This document shows positions 13,267-27,031 of a stretch of DNA of 64,000 nucleotides, piece after piece (the stretch's first letter is position 1; every line of letters begins with the position of its first letter). The translations under genes and the position numbers were made by a program. The stretch is from Octopus bimaculoides (taxonomy: Eukaryota), in the NCBI RefSeq assembly GCF_001194135.2, contig NC_068994.1, positions 1,582,444-1,646,443 of the forward strand. The letters are read 5' to 3'. The notes under the pieces were generated by a model. The model worked only from the letters and a program-made list of their open reading frames with translations. It was not told the origin of the DNA and made no database searches.

Positions 13267-15057
13267 CTTACAAATATTTATATAAAAGTTTGAATATTTC
13301 TGACTGTACCCCAGGGTGACCTCAGTACATTTACAGACATACTGTCATACTCATATATATATATATATATATACATGTCATGTGTGTGTATAACATTATT
13401 GTAGATAATATTTTCAAATATATAGCATAAGACTATATATAAATATATATATGTGTGATAGGCTGAGTACATGTATGTGTGTGTGTGGGGTGTATTTTGG
13501 TGTGTGTACATTTTTGTGTCTGCTGTGTGTGCATTTCTATGTATGTGTGTTTAGAGGTTAGCAGAAGTGGCCCAGTGTGTAAAGAGCCAGTTTATATGAC
13601 TGAAAACATGCTACCAACCAATCGATTGCAACAAGATTATTGATCACTTAGTGATCAATGATATAAGGAGCAGTCATACAATGGGGTTATGGTTACATTG
13701 ACATGGTTTTCACTCAAATATAACCCTTTCATTTAAACCATTTACACTGACTGAGGTTAAAATGTTGACTTAACGAGCCTATAATTTCCAGTTCAATCTC
13801 AGTGCACAGCACTTTGGACAAGTGTCTTCTACCATAGCCTTGGATAGACTTAAAGTATTATGACTTGAATTCATCATCATTATTCTTCTCCTCCGACATC
13901 CCCCTCTCCCTCCCCTCCTTCTCATCATCATCATCGTCATCATTCCCTGAGCATTTCTGTCTTCATGTCTTAGAACACACGGGGCTGATTACCAAGTTCC
14001 CATGGCATATAAGTGACCAAAACTCAAAACATTCTCCCCTGGATGTGACACAAGTCCATCGCAGGGGTGACCCATCTACAGCTGAGTGGACAGGAGTGAT
14101 GTGAAATGAAGTGTCTTGCTCAAGAACTCAATGCACCACTGCTAGTTTGGGACTCGAAACCATGATCTTCTGATCATGAATGCAACAGCCCAACCACAAT
14201 AATGTGTGTAGGAACAATCGATCTGTGGAAGCATTTTAACACCACTCTCTCATCCATGGATACCTTTAAGAGGGTCCCCTCTGATGTAAGCCTTTAGTGT
14301 ATCTCTTTGGTTTCAACCTTCTGGCCCCTTTTTGACTTGTGACCATTAAAAGCAGCTGGGACTGAAGGCTTTCAGAGCTAGAACTGATGTAAATGGAGAC
14401 CTTCATAGGGTTATGTTCTCTGTGTGTGTAACTAGGGGCTGTTTCCTGGCTGAACTGGTTGGGGGACACCCAGGGATTAAATAGCAACAACAACCTTCAA
14501 TAGTTCTGTCAAGATATATGATCATTCTATGTGGATTAAGAGAGATTAGTAAACTAGTATCAACATGTTACTAAATTTATGCAACAGGTTTCAAGTTGTG
14601 TTTATTTCTCCATACACACATACAATACATATGCACATAAATAGACATATATATACATGTATGCGTATTTTTTCAATGTGTATAAATAACACGGAAAAAA
14701 TAAATAGTTACCAGGGTAGCAAAAATTCACATAAGTGCTAAGAATGTTACAACCTACTAATAAAGGTAGAAGTTCTAAGGTTTAGTGAAATGTTTAGATA
14801 TGGCATAGATAAATTAAGAAATGGAGTTAAATGCAGATTACAATGGCCTATTGATGTGTTTTCTTTCTCTTTTTTCCTTGACGAGATGATTATGTTGTCT
14901 TACATCATTTTCTTCCCTCGGGAATAATACCAATGTTTTCTTCGAAACATATGTCGGAAGTATAAAGATTTGAATAACATCTGTGTTTAAATCTATTTCT
15001 TAATTTATATATATATATGGATGGATGGATGGATGGATAATATAGATAAAACGTGAT

Positions 15058-15372
15058 TGATGCCAGGGCTGCCTGACTGGCTCCCATGCTGGTGGCATGT
15101 AAAAAGCACCATCTGAACGTGACTGATGCCAGTGCACCCTGACTGGCTCCCGTGCCGGTGACACATTAAAAGCACAAACCGAACGCAGTCAATGCCAGGC
15201 ATATAAAAATCAGCCACTACACTCTCGGAGTGGTTGGCGTTAGGAAGGGCATCCAGTTGTAGAAACATTGCCAAATCTGATTGGAGCCTGGTGCAGCCTT
15301 CTGGCTCTCCAGATCTGTCAAACCGTCCAACCCATGCCAGCATGGAAAATGGACATTAAACGATGATGATGA
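15058..15372 (-). mobile_element. SINE family B (CATCATCGTTTAACGTCC... start), near full length
   Basis: Contains GGAGCCTGGTGCAGCC, CCCATGCCAGCATGGAAAA, TTAAACGATGATGATG and internal GTGCCGGTGGCACGTAAAAAGCAC-type repeats; partial copies at 2722, 25725, 43232 and 43715. Confidence 0.85.
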
Positions 15373-15716
15373 GATAGATAAGATTGAAAACTATAGATAG
15401 AAGATAGGTAGACAGATAGATAACTATAGATAGATGTAATGGTAGATAGACAAACAGACAGACGGATAATGCATAGATAGATAGATGTGTGTGTGATCCC
15501 ATACAAAAATCCCAGTTCAGCAGCCTCTCATCAGTTTATTAGAGAACAAAAGGGTTCATACAAACTGTGGGTCCCAGCTGGAGAAAAACTATTATTGTAG
15601 GACCTTTATTCTCTGCCTTTCTTTCTTTCTCTCCCCACCCCCACATGCATACACATACACACAGTACTGCTATCTCTCATTTTCTCTTTCTCTCTCTCTC
15701 TCTCTGTCAAGCACAA

Positions 15717-15758
<42 letters not shown>

Positions 15759-16529
15759 TCTCTCAACTACAGTAGTTTGATGAGCCCTGGGTCAACCCTG
15801 ATCCACTAGACCTATGATCAAAGGTAGTCCAACCATAACCATCATTTAGAAGTGTATCTAGGATTGCACTGCCTAGTGTCTTTTATTCTTTTAAAATATG
15901 CTAGGGAGTGTGATATGAGGGGGGATTTGGCTGCTCTTTCTAGCTGATGGGCCAACCAGAAAGTGGTCCTCCTTGTTAGTTAGTAGTAGTAGTAGTAATG
16001 GTAGTACTGGTGATTGAAGTAGTAGTAGTAGTAGTTGTGGCTGCTGTGTCATGTGAGAGATGCAGCACAGTGCCAACCAAACATGCACTTAACGCGATGC
16101 ATTGCGTAATTCATGCACAAGTGGTGGTGGTGGTGATGGTATAGAGCTTGTGATGGTGGCGGAGTAATGCTAGAAATAATGGTGGAGGTGGTGAGGGTGG
16201 TGGCATTGGTTGATAGATGTGGTGGTGGTGGTGGTTTGCAGTTTTGTAGCCCTCTCCTTAATCTGATTGAGCAGTCTTCTGATCCAAGACATTCTTGCCA
16301 TGACCAACCAGTCTTATTACTGTGTAGAGGACAAACAACCCCACATGACAAGACTGTAAAGCATGGATTGAGGGAAGTTTAATTGTTATTTCTAGCAGAC
16401 CAAAGGACCACATAATCTATTGTTCATCCATTGGTGGTGGTGGTGGTGGTGGTGGTGGTGGTTATAGCAGTGCTTGTCTTTGTGGTATGGAGTGATTGTG
16501 GTGGTATATATTGGCACTTGCAGTAGTGT

Positions 16530-16575
<46 letters not shown>

Positions 16576-18204
16576 AGTAGTAGTAGTAGTAGTAGTAATA
16601 GAAGTGGTAATCCCTTGTATGTGGCGGGGGGGAAGGAGGGTGGTATTTGGTGCCATTCAAAGTGTGGTGGTTGTTGTGATGTGACAGTGAACTGTATGTG
16701 GTGTGACACAGGGCGAGGGTTGTAGAGAGAGAAAGAGAGAGAGAAGACTAGTGTTGATGTGGTGATGGGGTGGATACTCTATGGGAGTGGAGGGGTGGAA
16801 CTGAACCAGATCTTAGCTACAGTCATGTGTGTGTATATGAGAGTATGTATATGTATCTCTCTCTTTCTGCATAGTATAACTGAACGTGTGTGCCTATGCA
16901 CGCATGTGTGTGTGTATGTGTGTGTGTTCTGAGTGCTGCTGTGGTTAACGCAATCCAGTACAATTTGAGTCAGATGGTGAGGGGTGGTCAGCAGCCAAAC
17001 TGGCACTTCCCACCCCCTGCCCCAATCACCTACCCGCCAGAGGTGAAGGGAATTACTAGAAAAAAACCCAGGAGAGCAAAAAAAAAAAAAAAAAAGGGAG
17101 CCCTTCAAAAGGATGAGCGACTCCAGTCTTGGGTCAGCATTGATCTAGCAAAAGATTTGTGATGATGAGCAAGTGTAGAGTTGCACTACTTTTGGAGGTG
17201 ATGGTCATCTCATTGTTGTCCGAACATTTATTTAGGCGAGGGGTAAAAAGGGAGCAACCTGTATGTGTTAACTCTACTAAAACACACATTCAAAGGGGAC
17301 CCAATAAAGTTATGCCTGAGGGCCCTTAATACTCTCAGCTCACCCCTGGATCTCAGTAATGCCGGTTGATGATGTGGCCATTGGGGTATCACACACACAC
17401 ACGTCGGTGACAAATATCGTCAGTTCTATAGTTTGTTGCCGTCAGATGATACTCAGTGGACAGAACCCAGCAGAGGGTAAGGGTTGGGATTCTCCAATCA
17501 CCCATGTGGCTGAGTACTCTGCTGGGGTCGCTATCTGAAATGCAGTCGTCAAAGAATCCATTGTTGACGGAGGAGGTTGACTGAGATGACAGCGACGGTG
17601 GCCATTGATTTTCATTACCAACAACACTAAACACGTGTAGGAATGGATCTACATACACACATACATACATACCTACATATATATATACACAGACACATAA
17701 ATACATACGTACAAACACACATACATATTTGCATACATATATACACACATACATTCATGCATGTATGCATACATATACATACATACAAACATTCATACAT
17801 ACATATACACATGTATGTGTGTGTGTGTGTGTGTGTATAAACACAGGACAAATTAAGATATTGCTTAAGTTGGTTTTCAAAATGTCCTTCGTTCGGTGGT
17901 GGTGGTGGTGGTGGTGGTATTAATTGTTGTAGGTGGTGGTCTCCATTCTCGCAGCAAAGTTTGAAGTGACAAAGAGTTTTCCCAAGCAACCGGCTGCGTA
18001 TTATCCTTTCACACCCACTTCGTTACTCTATTATTATGAATGTAGAGATGAGACGGGAAAGAGAGGGAGCAGGGAGGCACATGTGGGACCGAGAGCAGTG
18101 GTGATGTTGGGGTTAGTCGTGGAGGCGTTACGGTAGTAATGGTGACGCCACTGGTACGACTAATGATAATGGCGGTGGAGCAGTCTTTAGTTGACAGCAT
18201 ATTG

Positions 18205-18510
18205 TATGTGTGTTGACGATGACCATGGGCCTCACATGGGAGAAGACGAGTCACGGTGAGTCTGGCTGTGGTCAATCAGTGCAATGCCTGCTCGGAAGGC
18301 TCTGCCACAGGTCAGACACTGGTGGTCTGGTGAGAACGAAGGTCCAAAGAGTTGGCTCTGAACTTGACGTAGTTTGCATTTTCTTTGTGCTCCTGCAATC
18401 CTGTTCTGTTCGTAGGAGGTGGTCATTCTGTTGGTGCAGCTTTGCCAGGCAGAACGGTTTTGTGCTTGTGTTTCCCCAGATGTCAGGGCTGATCACAAAG
18501 GTCTTTACAT
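18205..18510 (-). mobile_element. RTE-clade LINE 3' end (C-terminus with CCHH-like finger)
   Basis: Frameshifted minus-strand translation KTFVISPDIW..AQNRSAW...YEQNRIAGAQRK...HQCLTCGRAFRAGIALIDHSQTH, matching the RTE C-terminus LKxFxIxPDxWExLAxDRxAW...CPTCGRxFRAxIGLxSHxRTH. Confidence 0.85.
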
Positions 18511-18578
18511 TGCATGCAAGGTGGACAGAAAAAAAACGCGTCAAAGACACACTCAAAGCCTCGTTGAAGAGCTTTGAG
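18511..18578 (+). mobile_element. Inverted upstream piece of the same RTE ORF
   Basis: Plus strand reads QGGQKK / KRVKDTLKASLKSF across one frameshift. This is the RTE motif GGQKKRFKDTLKASLKxF that directly precedes the segment found on the minus strand. Confidence 0.8.
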
Positions 18579-18844
18579 CTGTAACACATTGGACATAACA
18601 GAACAAACACTGGTTCACTTCATCAGGGAGTATAACTCACTGCAGAACAAATATTTCAAGGACTTCTTTCTTGAAGCACCACTTTTTCAGTTTTCACGTC
18701 AATGTGCATATCTTTTGTTGAACATGTGTGTGTGTGTTCGTATGCATGTTCGTTTGTTTGTTTGTAAGAGTGAGAGACAGACACAGAGCTATGTAGGTAG
18801 GTAGATAGATAGACAGAGAGATAGATAGATAGACAGACAGACAA

Positions 18845-18877
<33 letters not shown>

Positions 18878-20910
18878 GAGGCAGATGGACGGATGGACAG
18901 ACAGCTAGACAAATAGATAGATAGATAGACAGACGGACGGACGGACAGACAGACAGACGGATGGACAGGTAGATAGATAGATAGATAGATATTATGCATG
19001 TATAAACATTGATGCTTGTTCTGATGCCACTCCTCAATTTCCCAACAAAACTACTTTGACAGTTGCAAGCAAATGGAAATTTATTCCTGCAAAATGGAAA
19101 CCAGATGGAAAGCCGGGGATCGTATCTGTGCATTTCGTCATTCACTTCCTCAACTGGAAGCATCCACAGAGTGATGTACTTTTCAGTTTGCTAAACTGTC
19201 ACCAAGACAACAAAGACAGCTGATAGACATCATTATATATTAGCAGTGTCTGGATTTGTATGCTTTCAATGAACGCTTCATTACGAATAAGATTCTTTTT
19301 CCGAAAGCGTTTCACAACAAATGATTGACCATAAAAAACTTGCTATAACTTAGATTTAACAAAATAAAAATGTATTTCCACATATTTCGCAAACCAAATG
19401 ATGCCTTATGCTGAAAAGTAGTTCGGGATCATTGTATTTCATTTTTTTAATATTTGTTCCTTTATTTATATACACACAATGTTGCACAGATGCGAAACGT
19501 AGATATGACAATGAGAGCATTTAATACTGAAGATATTACTTCCTTACTGCATTTCTAAATAATTTTTTTATTCACTGGTTCATAATTATAGACAAAATAA
19601 TTATTTTATAATGAACTGTAAGTTAAGTGATTTCACCTTACCATGGATTTTATATACACCTGGCAACCAGATAAAGATGAGCAACTGATCTAGCATGTGT
19701 GTGCACACGCACGTCTGTGTGTGTATATATACACATACATACATATATACACATACATATATATATATATAAACACATACATATACACATATATACACAT
19801 ACATATATATATATATATACATATATATATACATATATATATACATACACATGCATACATATATCTATATATATATATCTATATATATATATATATACAC
19901 ACACACATACATACATGAGGTTCACTATTCATCTTCATTGGATGATAGTGGTTATACAACATCTCACCAATGCACAAGGATGTTAAAATGTATCAAAACA
20001 TTTGTAGTGGTTTTAAATAAAGAAGGTCACTCATTCCATTTTCTATCATTTATCTATTTTCATTAACTCTACAGATACTATGGAATTCCCTGATGTATAT
20101 CCAGTAGCAGGAGCATTTCCACTGTGTGATGACATTAGGTAGCCAATAACTATGGATGAGCTTTCCATAATATCCTTCAAGATTTTTACCTAAATCTTGT
20201 ATGTGTGTGTGTGTAATAAAGCAGAGAGGGAGAGAGATAAAGAGGAGAAGAGGAGAGAGAGAGAGAGTGTGTTAATTTCCATTAATCTAGTACCTAATTG
20301 TCCAGCAAACCCGACTGTCCGGTACTTTTTTTTATTTTTATTTTTACGCTTGACCAATTGTTTTTCCAGCCACCATCACCAGTCACTGACGTCACTCTTT
20401 CATTGTTTACAGACAAGTTGCCATAAATAAATAAATAAATAAATAAAATGACAATGCCAATGGCTGAGTGCTTCTTTATCAGCGTTTATCTACTTCTGTA
20501 TTGTCTGTCCATTACTAGAAACGTCTTCCAATGTTAATAAATGGTGTGAAAAGAATCCGTGTAACCCATGCAGTAGCCGTTTTGAAAGAAGTGAAACGGA
20601 AATGCTTTGATGCATGAATATAACATAAGTTCTTGAATAATATACGACAATATGACACAAAAAGATAAATCAAGGCAATTTAGAACCAATTCAGAGACAA
20701 ATAAAGGTGTTGATGGACGGCAAACATTTGTAAAAGAAAAAAAAAAGAAAATCAAGACTTTCAGAACTGGAAATTGTGTTAATTAAGTAGTTCAGAGTAA
20801 AGCAATACAGGAGTCTACCAATTTCAGCAGCACAGCTAATTAAAAATTCCAAGCAATTAGGTTCATGAAAAACATGTGTTAATAGTTGGATGGTTTAAAA
20901 ATTGTAACAT

Positions 20911-21046
20911 AGGCGCAGGTGTGGCTGTGTGTAAGTAGCTTGCTTATCAACCACATGATTTCGGGTTCAGTCCCACTGCATGGCACCTTGGGCAAGTGTC
21001 TTCTACTATAGCCTCGGGGTGACCAAAGTCTTGTGAGTGGATTTGG
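20911..21046 (+). mobile_element. SINE family A, 5' tRNA-related head
   Basis: GGCGCAGGTGTGGCTGTGTGTAAG (A-box-like)...GGGTTCAGTCCC (B-box-like)...GGCACCTTGGGCAAGTGTCTTCTACTATAGCC; same family as 43022-43501, 45985-46245 and 53445-53785. Confidence 0.85.
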
Positions 21047-21329
21047 TGGTTGTCTTAAAATGGTTGAAGTTGGTTTATTCTTTATATATAAGGAATTGAA
21101 AAAGAGAAGCAGCAAATATTCCCGTGCCTATCTCACAGACTTCACATACCTGCCACAAAAACGCATTACATTCTTAGAGGAAAATCAACTGGATGGGTAG
21201 AAGTTACCACACATATCTTCAACAGCATTACGATTGGCTACAGAGGCAACAACACGTCAACCAATGAAATGGTGACTTCACAAAAACTGGCAACAAAACT
21301 AAACAGCATGGAGTAATATGTCACAAACG

Positions 21330-22300
21330 ATATGATCTCGACATAGCTGGAAAAACTAATAGAATGGCTGTATGATTGTTTTAAAGGACAGAAGTCAAGG
21401 TGTTTTAGCCAGGGGTGGTTTTGAAAAAGTCACTATTTCTGAGTGGAATGCTTCGGGGAGTTGTTTTGTTGTAACTATGTTAACACATATCCGTAGTTAT
21501 TAGAACAGCTCCACTCACTGACTAATCTGATCACATCTAACAACCATCAACTCGGAATGTGTCTAAAATGTAGAGAAAGAATTCAATGCTATATTGAAAT
21601 GAGTTAATAAAACAACATGAAATTCAAAAGCGAAAGTTTCAATTATTCTGCTCTCAGTCCTCTAACACATTACAATCTAAATATTAAATGTCAGGAGAGA
21701 TTGTTAGCCCAGAATTAGAATCTGAGACAAAGGAATTTATAACTGGTAAGGACACACCATTTCATGTACATATTACCAAGATGGCGTCAGCATGCAGACG
21801 ACAAGCAAAAAGGATTCTGATAAGATTTATTAGAAAGGAAAATAAAATAAAGTTGGTCATATAACATACAATAGTGGTCGGTTGTTTGGATTACTGCTCC
21901 TTGATTGAGCCTTTTCATAGTGTATGGCTTTCAGAATGGATTAGAAGCAACCCAGCCGTCCTAGTTAAAGAAAATTGCTTTTATGCAGCGACTTTACTGG
22001 GGGAGTTAGGGTTCGGCTTAAGACTGGGTGCTTCATGAAACAAAGAAACAAAAATAGGAAACGCTGGAAGATCATTGAAAGATATCCGTCACACTATGAG
22101 AGGAAAAAAAAAACGCTTACACTCCATAAAATCTTGGAGTGGATGCCAACACAAACAAAAAATGTTAAGGGATTCTGCAGTATAAATTCTTAGCTAATGT
22201 AAGAGTAAATGGCACACATGCGGTGAATGGGGGAGACAAAGCTATACTCAGTCATTGCTGGTGCCACAGCAGGACCCAGAAAATGTTTGGACTCATGAAT
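21330..22300 (+). mobile_element. Decayed CR1-clade LINE reverse-transcriptase region
   Basis: Frameshifted pieces: LIEWLYDCFKGQKSR (~21355), NMKFKSESF (~21615), DTPFHVHITKMASACRRQAKRILIRFIRK...LDYCS (21750-21900) and WKIIE (~22065). These follow the CR1 RT order W..FL..R.Q / NMKFN..KF / F..HI..V..C....WILRTF..LDYCS / WKIIE. Confidence 0.75.
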
Positions 22301-23712
22301 AATGAATTTTCTTCATATTTCGATGTGGGTAGCAGACCTGGGGTAGTATTTTACTAGAAACCAATCAAGCAATGAAGATTACAGGAAAATTGATGATAGT
22401 GCTACAGCATGACCACACCCAACTCGGTGGATCCAGTATGACAACGACAGAAGCAGGTGAGTAGAGTTCAGTGTGAATGAGTGGAAGAAAGAACGGAAAG
22501 GAATCTGAAGACGTCCTAATTTATGCTGCAGTCCAGGGGCATCTGAGACTGACCTGGTTACACCAGCCGAGACAGCCTAGCTCTGGGGGTACCTTGAACA
22601 GTCCGCAGACAGTTGCAATACAGGCAATAGCACAGAATGTGGTAGGAGAGGAGGGTGAGCAGTCACAATCTGAATGCGGCCTGTTTACAGGGCAAGGAGT
22701 TAAGGGCTGAAACACTTATATAGGGGATGCATTACTGAAGACTTGCTGCTCAGCTCTGCCTAACACACACATCACATATACATACATACACATATATGTG
22801 TGTGTGTGGGTGTGTATATATATATATTTGCATACATATATGTATGCGTATGTATACACACATATACATGAATGCATGTATATAATTGTAGATTGTGAAT
22901 GTGTGTGTGTATGTATGGGTTTATATAATGTATACAGATATAACTACACACATATATTTACTTTTTACTCCATCATTTATATATATGTATAATGGGCTTC
23001 CTTCAGTTTCCGTTTGCCAAATCCACTATATATCTTTAGATAGATAGATAGATAGATAGATAGAGAGAGATAATTAGATAGATAATTATAGATGGATAGA
23101 TACATGCTCACATATTTTATAGAATGTACAAACAAGTGTGTGTGTGTCGTGGGGTGGGTGGGGTTCATGTAAGTAACCCAGTAACCTAGTTCCAGCAGTG
23201 GGAGGCTGGACAATAAACATGACAGCCAACACAATCTCAAAACTACAAAAGGGAGCTGCCGCAAGGGTTGTAGGACGCTTTTTATTGATCGCTTGCCTCC
23301 TTACCGCCTGCCCTCCACACACACACACACACACAGACACACCTACGCACACATGGACATACACAGAACCTGTTTACATAAAGAATTTATAATGTTTTCC
23401 CCTTTCTCCCTCCTTCACACATATTAGCATGAATCTATGTGAGTGTGTACATCTATCTATCTGTCTCTCTGTCTAGCTTTCTATCTATCAGTCTGTCTAT
23501 CTCTATCTATCTATCTATCAGTCTATCTGTTTCATTTTTCTATTTCATCTGTCTGTCTGTCTATCTGATTGTTTACCTATCTATCTCTATCTCTCTATCT
23601 ATCAGTCTATCTATCGCTCTATCTATTTCATTTATCTATCTATCTGTCTGTTTATCTGTCTATCATCTACCTATCTGTGTGTATGCATGCAGCTTGCGCA
23701 CACGCACACACA

Positions 23713-23775
<63 letters not shown>

Positions 23776-24057
23776 TATAGTCATTCACACGTACATGTTG
23801 TTGTTGCTATTGTTTTAGCCCCAAGCAGCTCTGATCAATCAGATCTTTGATCAAAGCAGTCCTTCTGTATCGATCTTTGATTCAGACGATCGATCAAACA
23901 CCATATAATCTTTATGTCCTTCCTTTTATTAGTTGTTATGCTATGGCAAAAACAAGATTTGACTGCTATTTGTACCAGATAGGCTGACCACACAAAAAGC
24001 TCCTTTCATTAGTTATCCTATGTAATTGTGTGTACGTATATATGCATATCTGCATGC

Positions 24058-24102
<45 letters not shown>

Positions 24103-24129
24103 ATATTTATCAATCAATCAATCAGTCAA

Positions 24130-24167
<38 letters not shown>

Positions 24168-24589
24168 TTTATCATATCACCGATTCTCCCGTGATCTAAT
24201 AGGTAACAATTTAAGACGTATGTGTTTTAGGTTCCGCTTGGTCCCACAGCCTTGTTTAATTACAGACTTTTCCGAGAAACTGTCTTGTAGAGGTAAAAGA
24301 AGGAGTTTTCTTTAAATGTCCTGCAAATGTGAGGTGCCAAACCCAACAGCTGACCTATAAACACACACACACACACACGGACACTATACACACATATATC
24401 TGGTTATATATGTATACTCCTACACGAAGGCTGCACCCCAGCATGGCCACACACCAATAGCTGAAACCTGTAAAAGAATAAACTCATATACAATCGTTTA
24501 TATAGGCAGATACACATATACATTTCCACTCATACATGTATACATACACATACATGACGATGTAAAACTTTCCGTTATATGCCTCGTTG

Positions 24590-25060
24590 GCTGAATGAGA
24601 TCCAGTTTGATGTATGTATACATTTTATACGCAACACGGGCCTATATATACATTATACACACATGAGACTGGCTCTGGTAAGCTCATACATATACAGTCA
24701 ATTAATCAATACAAAAGATCCAGTTTGATGTGTGTATGCGTGTGCATATATATATGTAAGAGCAATATACATGTAAGTGTATATATACATGAAACATATA
24801 CACACCCACTTAATGAATGTTAAGGATCCAAGTTGATGTATATACATACGTGTATATAAGTATATATAAAGATATGTTTATGTAACGCACCTGAGCAATG
24901 TATATAAACATACGGTATCAGGAAATGTAATGTATGTGGTATCTGCTTGCATTATACGCAAAACCGAATTACATATTAATGTATATACACGAGATTGGAT
25001 CTTGCAATACTATTCATATATACACCCACTGTTCGATACAAGAAAACCAGTTTAATATAT
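24590..25060. repeat. Degenerate ~110-135 bp tandem repeat anchored on GATCCAGTTTGATG
   Basis: GATCCAGTTTGATG at ~24599 and ~24717, GGATCCAAGTTGATG at ~24825, AACCAGTTTAAT at ~25046; GAGACTGGCTCTGG and GAGATTGGATCTTG are second-half variants. Confidence 0.45.
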
Positions 25061-25133
25061 ATACATACAAATATATATGTGTGCATGTATGTATGAATGA
25101 ATGTACTTATATATGTGTGTGTGTGTGTCTGTG

Positions 25134-25167
<34 letters not shown>

Positions 25168-25546
25168 NNNNNNNNNNNNNNNNNNNNNNNNNNNNNNNNN
25201 NNNNNNNNNNNNNNNNNNNNNNNNNNNNNNNNNNNNNNNNNNNNNNNNNNNNNNNNNNNNNNNNNNNNNNNNNNNNNNNNNNNNNNNNNNNNNNNNNNNN
25301 NNNNNNNNNNNNNNNNNNNNNNNNNNNNNNNNNNNNNNNNNNNNNNNNNNNNNNNNNNNNNNNNNNNNNNNNNNNNNNNNNNNNNNNNNNNNNNNNNNNN
25401 NNNNNNNNNNNNNNNNNNNNNNNNNNNNNNNNNNNNNNNNNNNNNNNNNNNNNNNNNNNNNNNNNNNNNNNNNNNNNNNNNNNNNNNNNNNNNNNNNNNN
25501 NNNNNNNNNNNNNNNNNNNNNNNNNNNNNNNNNNNNNNNNNNNNNN

Positions 25547-25688
25547 CAGAGATGCCTATAATAGGACATCTACTCGCTAGAAATAGCAGCAAAAGACTAC
25601 ATACCACAAAAATTATCCCTAATTTTTGTGGTATGTAGTCTTTTGCTGCTATTTCTAGCGAGTAGATGTCCTATTATAGGCATCTCTG
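25547..25688. repeat. Perfect palindrome, 69-bp arms with a 4-nt loop (TCCC)
   Basis: 25547-25615 is the exact reverse complement of 25620-25688; the left arm starts right after an N-gap. Confidence 0.95.
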
Positions 25689-27031
25689 CATTTTAAATGA
25701 ATATATATATATATATATATATATCATCATCAACGTTTAACGTCCGTTTTCCATGCTGACATGAATCTTGTAATATTATGCAGATAGACAGTTATTTCTT
25801 ACACACACACAGTTAGGCAGACAGACAGAGGGATAGGTGGACAGAGAAGTACACACTCACCACACACATGTATGTACATAAGCCTTCTTCTACACAAAAG
25901 CAGTTATCTTTACATATTAAAATGTCTACATACACAAGTCTGGTCCTGGCCGCATAAAACACTCACATAGACAATCACACACGGACACATAGACATATGT
26001 ACACACGTACATATTCATATACACCTGCACAGAACACATTTTCTTTCACACACACCTATTCACATACACACACACACCTATTCACATACACACACACCTA
26101 TTCACATACAGGCAGATATGAAAGGAAAACAAAATATTCTACATTTTGTCGACAGGTTCCTCCCACCTCACACTGTCAGGTCTGTGGGTCCTGTCCCTCC
26201 TTCAGCCCCATGCCTATGACCACAAACACACTTCGAATCTCGATTCCTCTGTCCAGCTTTTGCTGACCGAGCCTGCCACTGTCACCTGCTACCTATATGA
26301 ATATGAACTCCCACGAAAGAATTGACCCCAATCCTGAAGTCCATAATCAATCCAAAAGGGGCCAAGACATTTGGGAACAATGCGAGATCAAACACGGTGT
26401 GGGAGGAAACGAGGGGACTACATTGTTTGAAAAAGAAATCCTAACAACAACAGATGGCTCTATAGTCACAAGGAAAAGGTCTCCACTAGGGGTTAGAATC
26501 AACTAGGGGCATCAGGTAAGATCCAGGAATAATTTGACTCCCAAAAGGCTAATGATCTTTCCTAGCTGTCATTCCCCTACCAACAGGGTAGTGAGAGAAT
26601 GTCCAGTTACCATGCCACAATACTCCGCTCCCTATAGCAACAGCCTGTCCTTTTTTGACCAAAAGAAGTTGGTGGAGGGAATCTTCACACAGGACTCCAC
26701 CAATAGCCAGATCTGTACTTCATGTGGTTACATGTGGCTACAGCTGTTTTTCAACATAACTCTATAGGGCAGTTATACTCAAGACACTGGATGAAGGCTG
26801 CAGAGCAGTTTTGTCGCTTTGCCTCTATATTTCGGATAGGCTCAACTGACAGCATCTCTGTCTCTGTATAATTTATATTGAACTAATATAGACAGCAAGG
26901 TCGGGCATTACTAGAAGCTGTTCCTAGGCCTCTGCCCCCAACTGAAAGTCCAACAGACTAACCAGATTTCCCCCAACAACGTCATCGCACTTCTCCACTG
27001 CAGCATCTTCAGAGGATCATCAAAGGAAACC

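Noticed and set aside
13639-13659. 9-bp-arm palindrome ATTGATCAC-TTA-GTGATCAAT
   Set aside because: Short and AT-rich; expected by chance in 64 kb, with no supporting context.
19000-19170. Kelch-like RYDPRLSIW motif in a minus-strand ORF
   Set aside because: The flanking kelch residues (GG, R..F, Y..GG) and splice sites are absent; probably chance.
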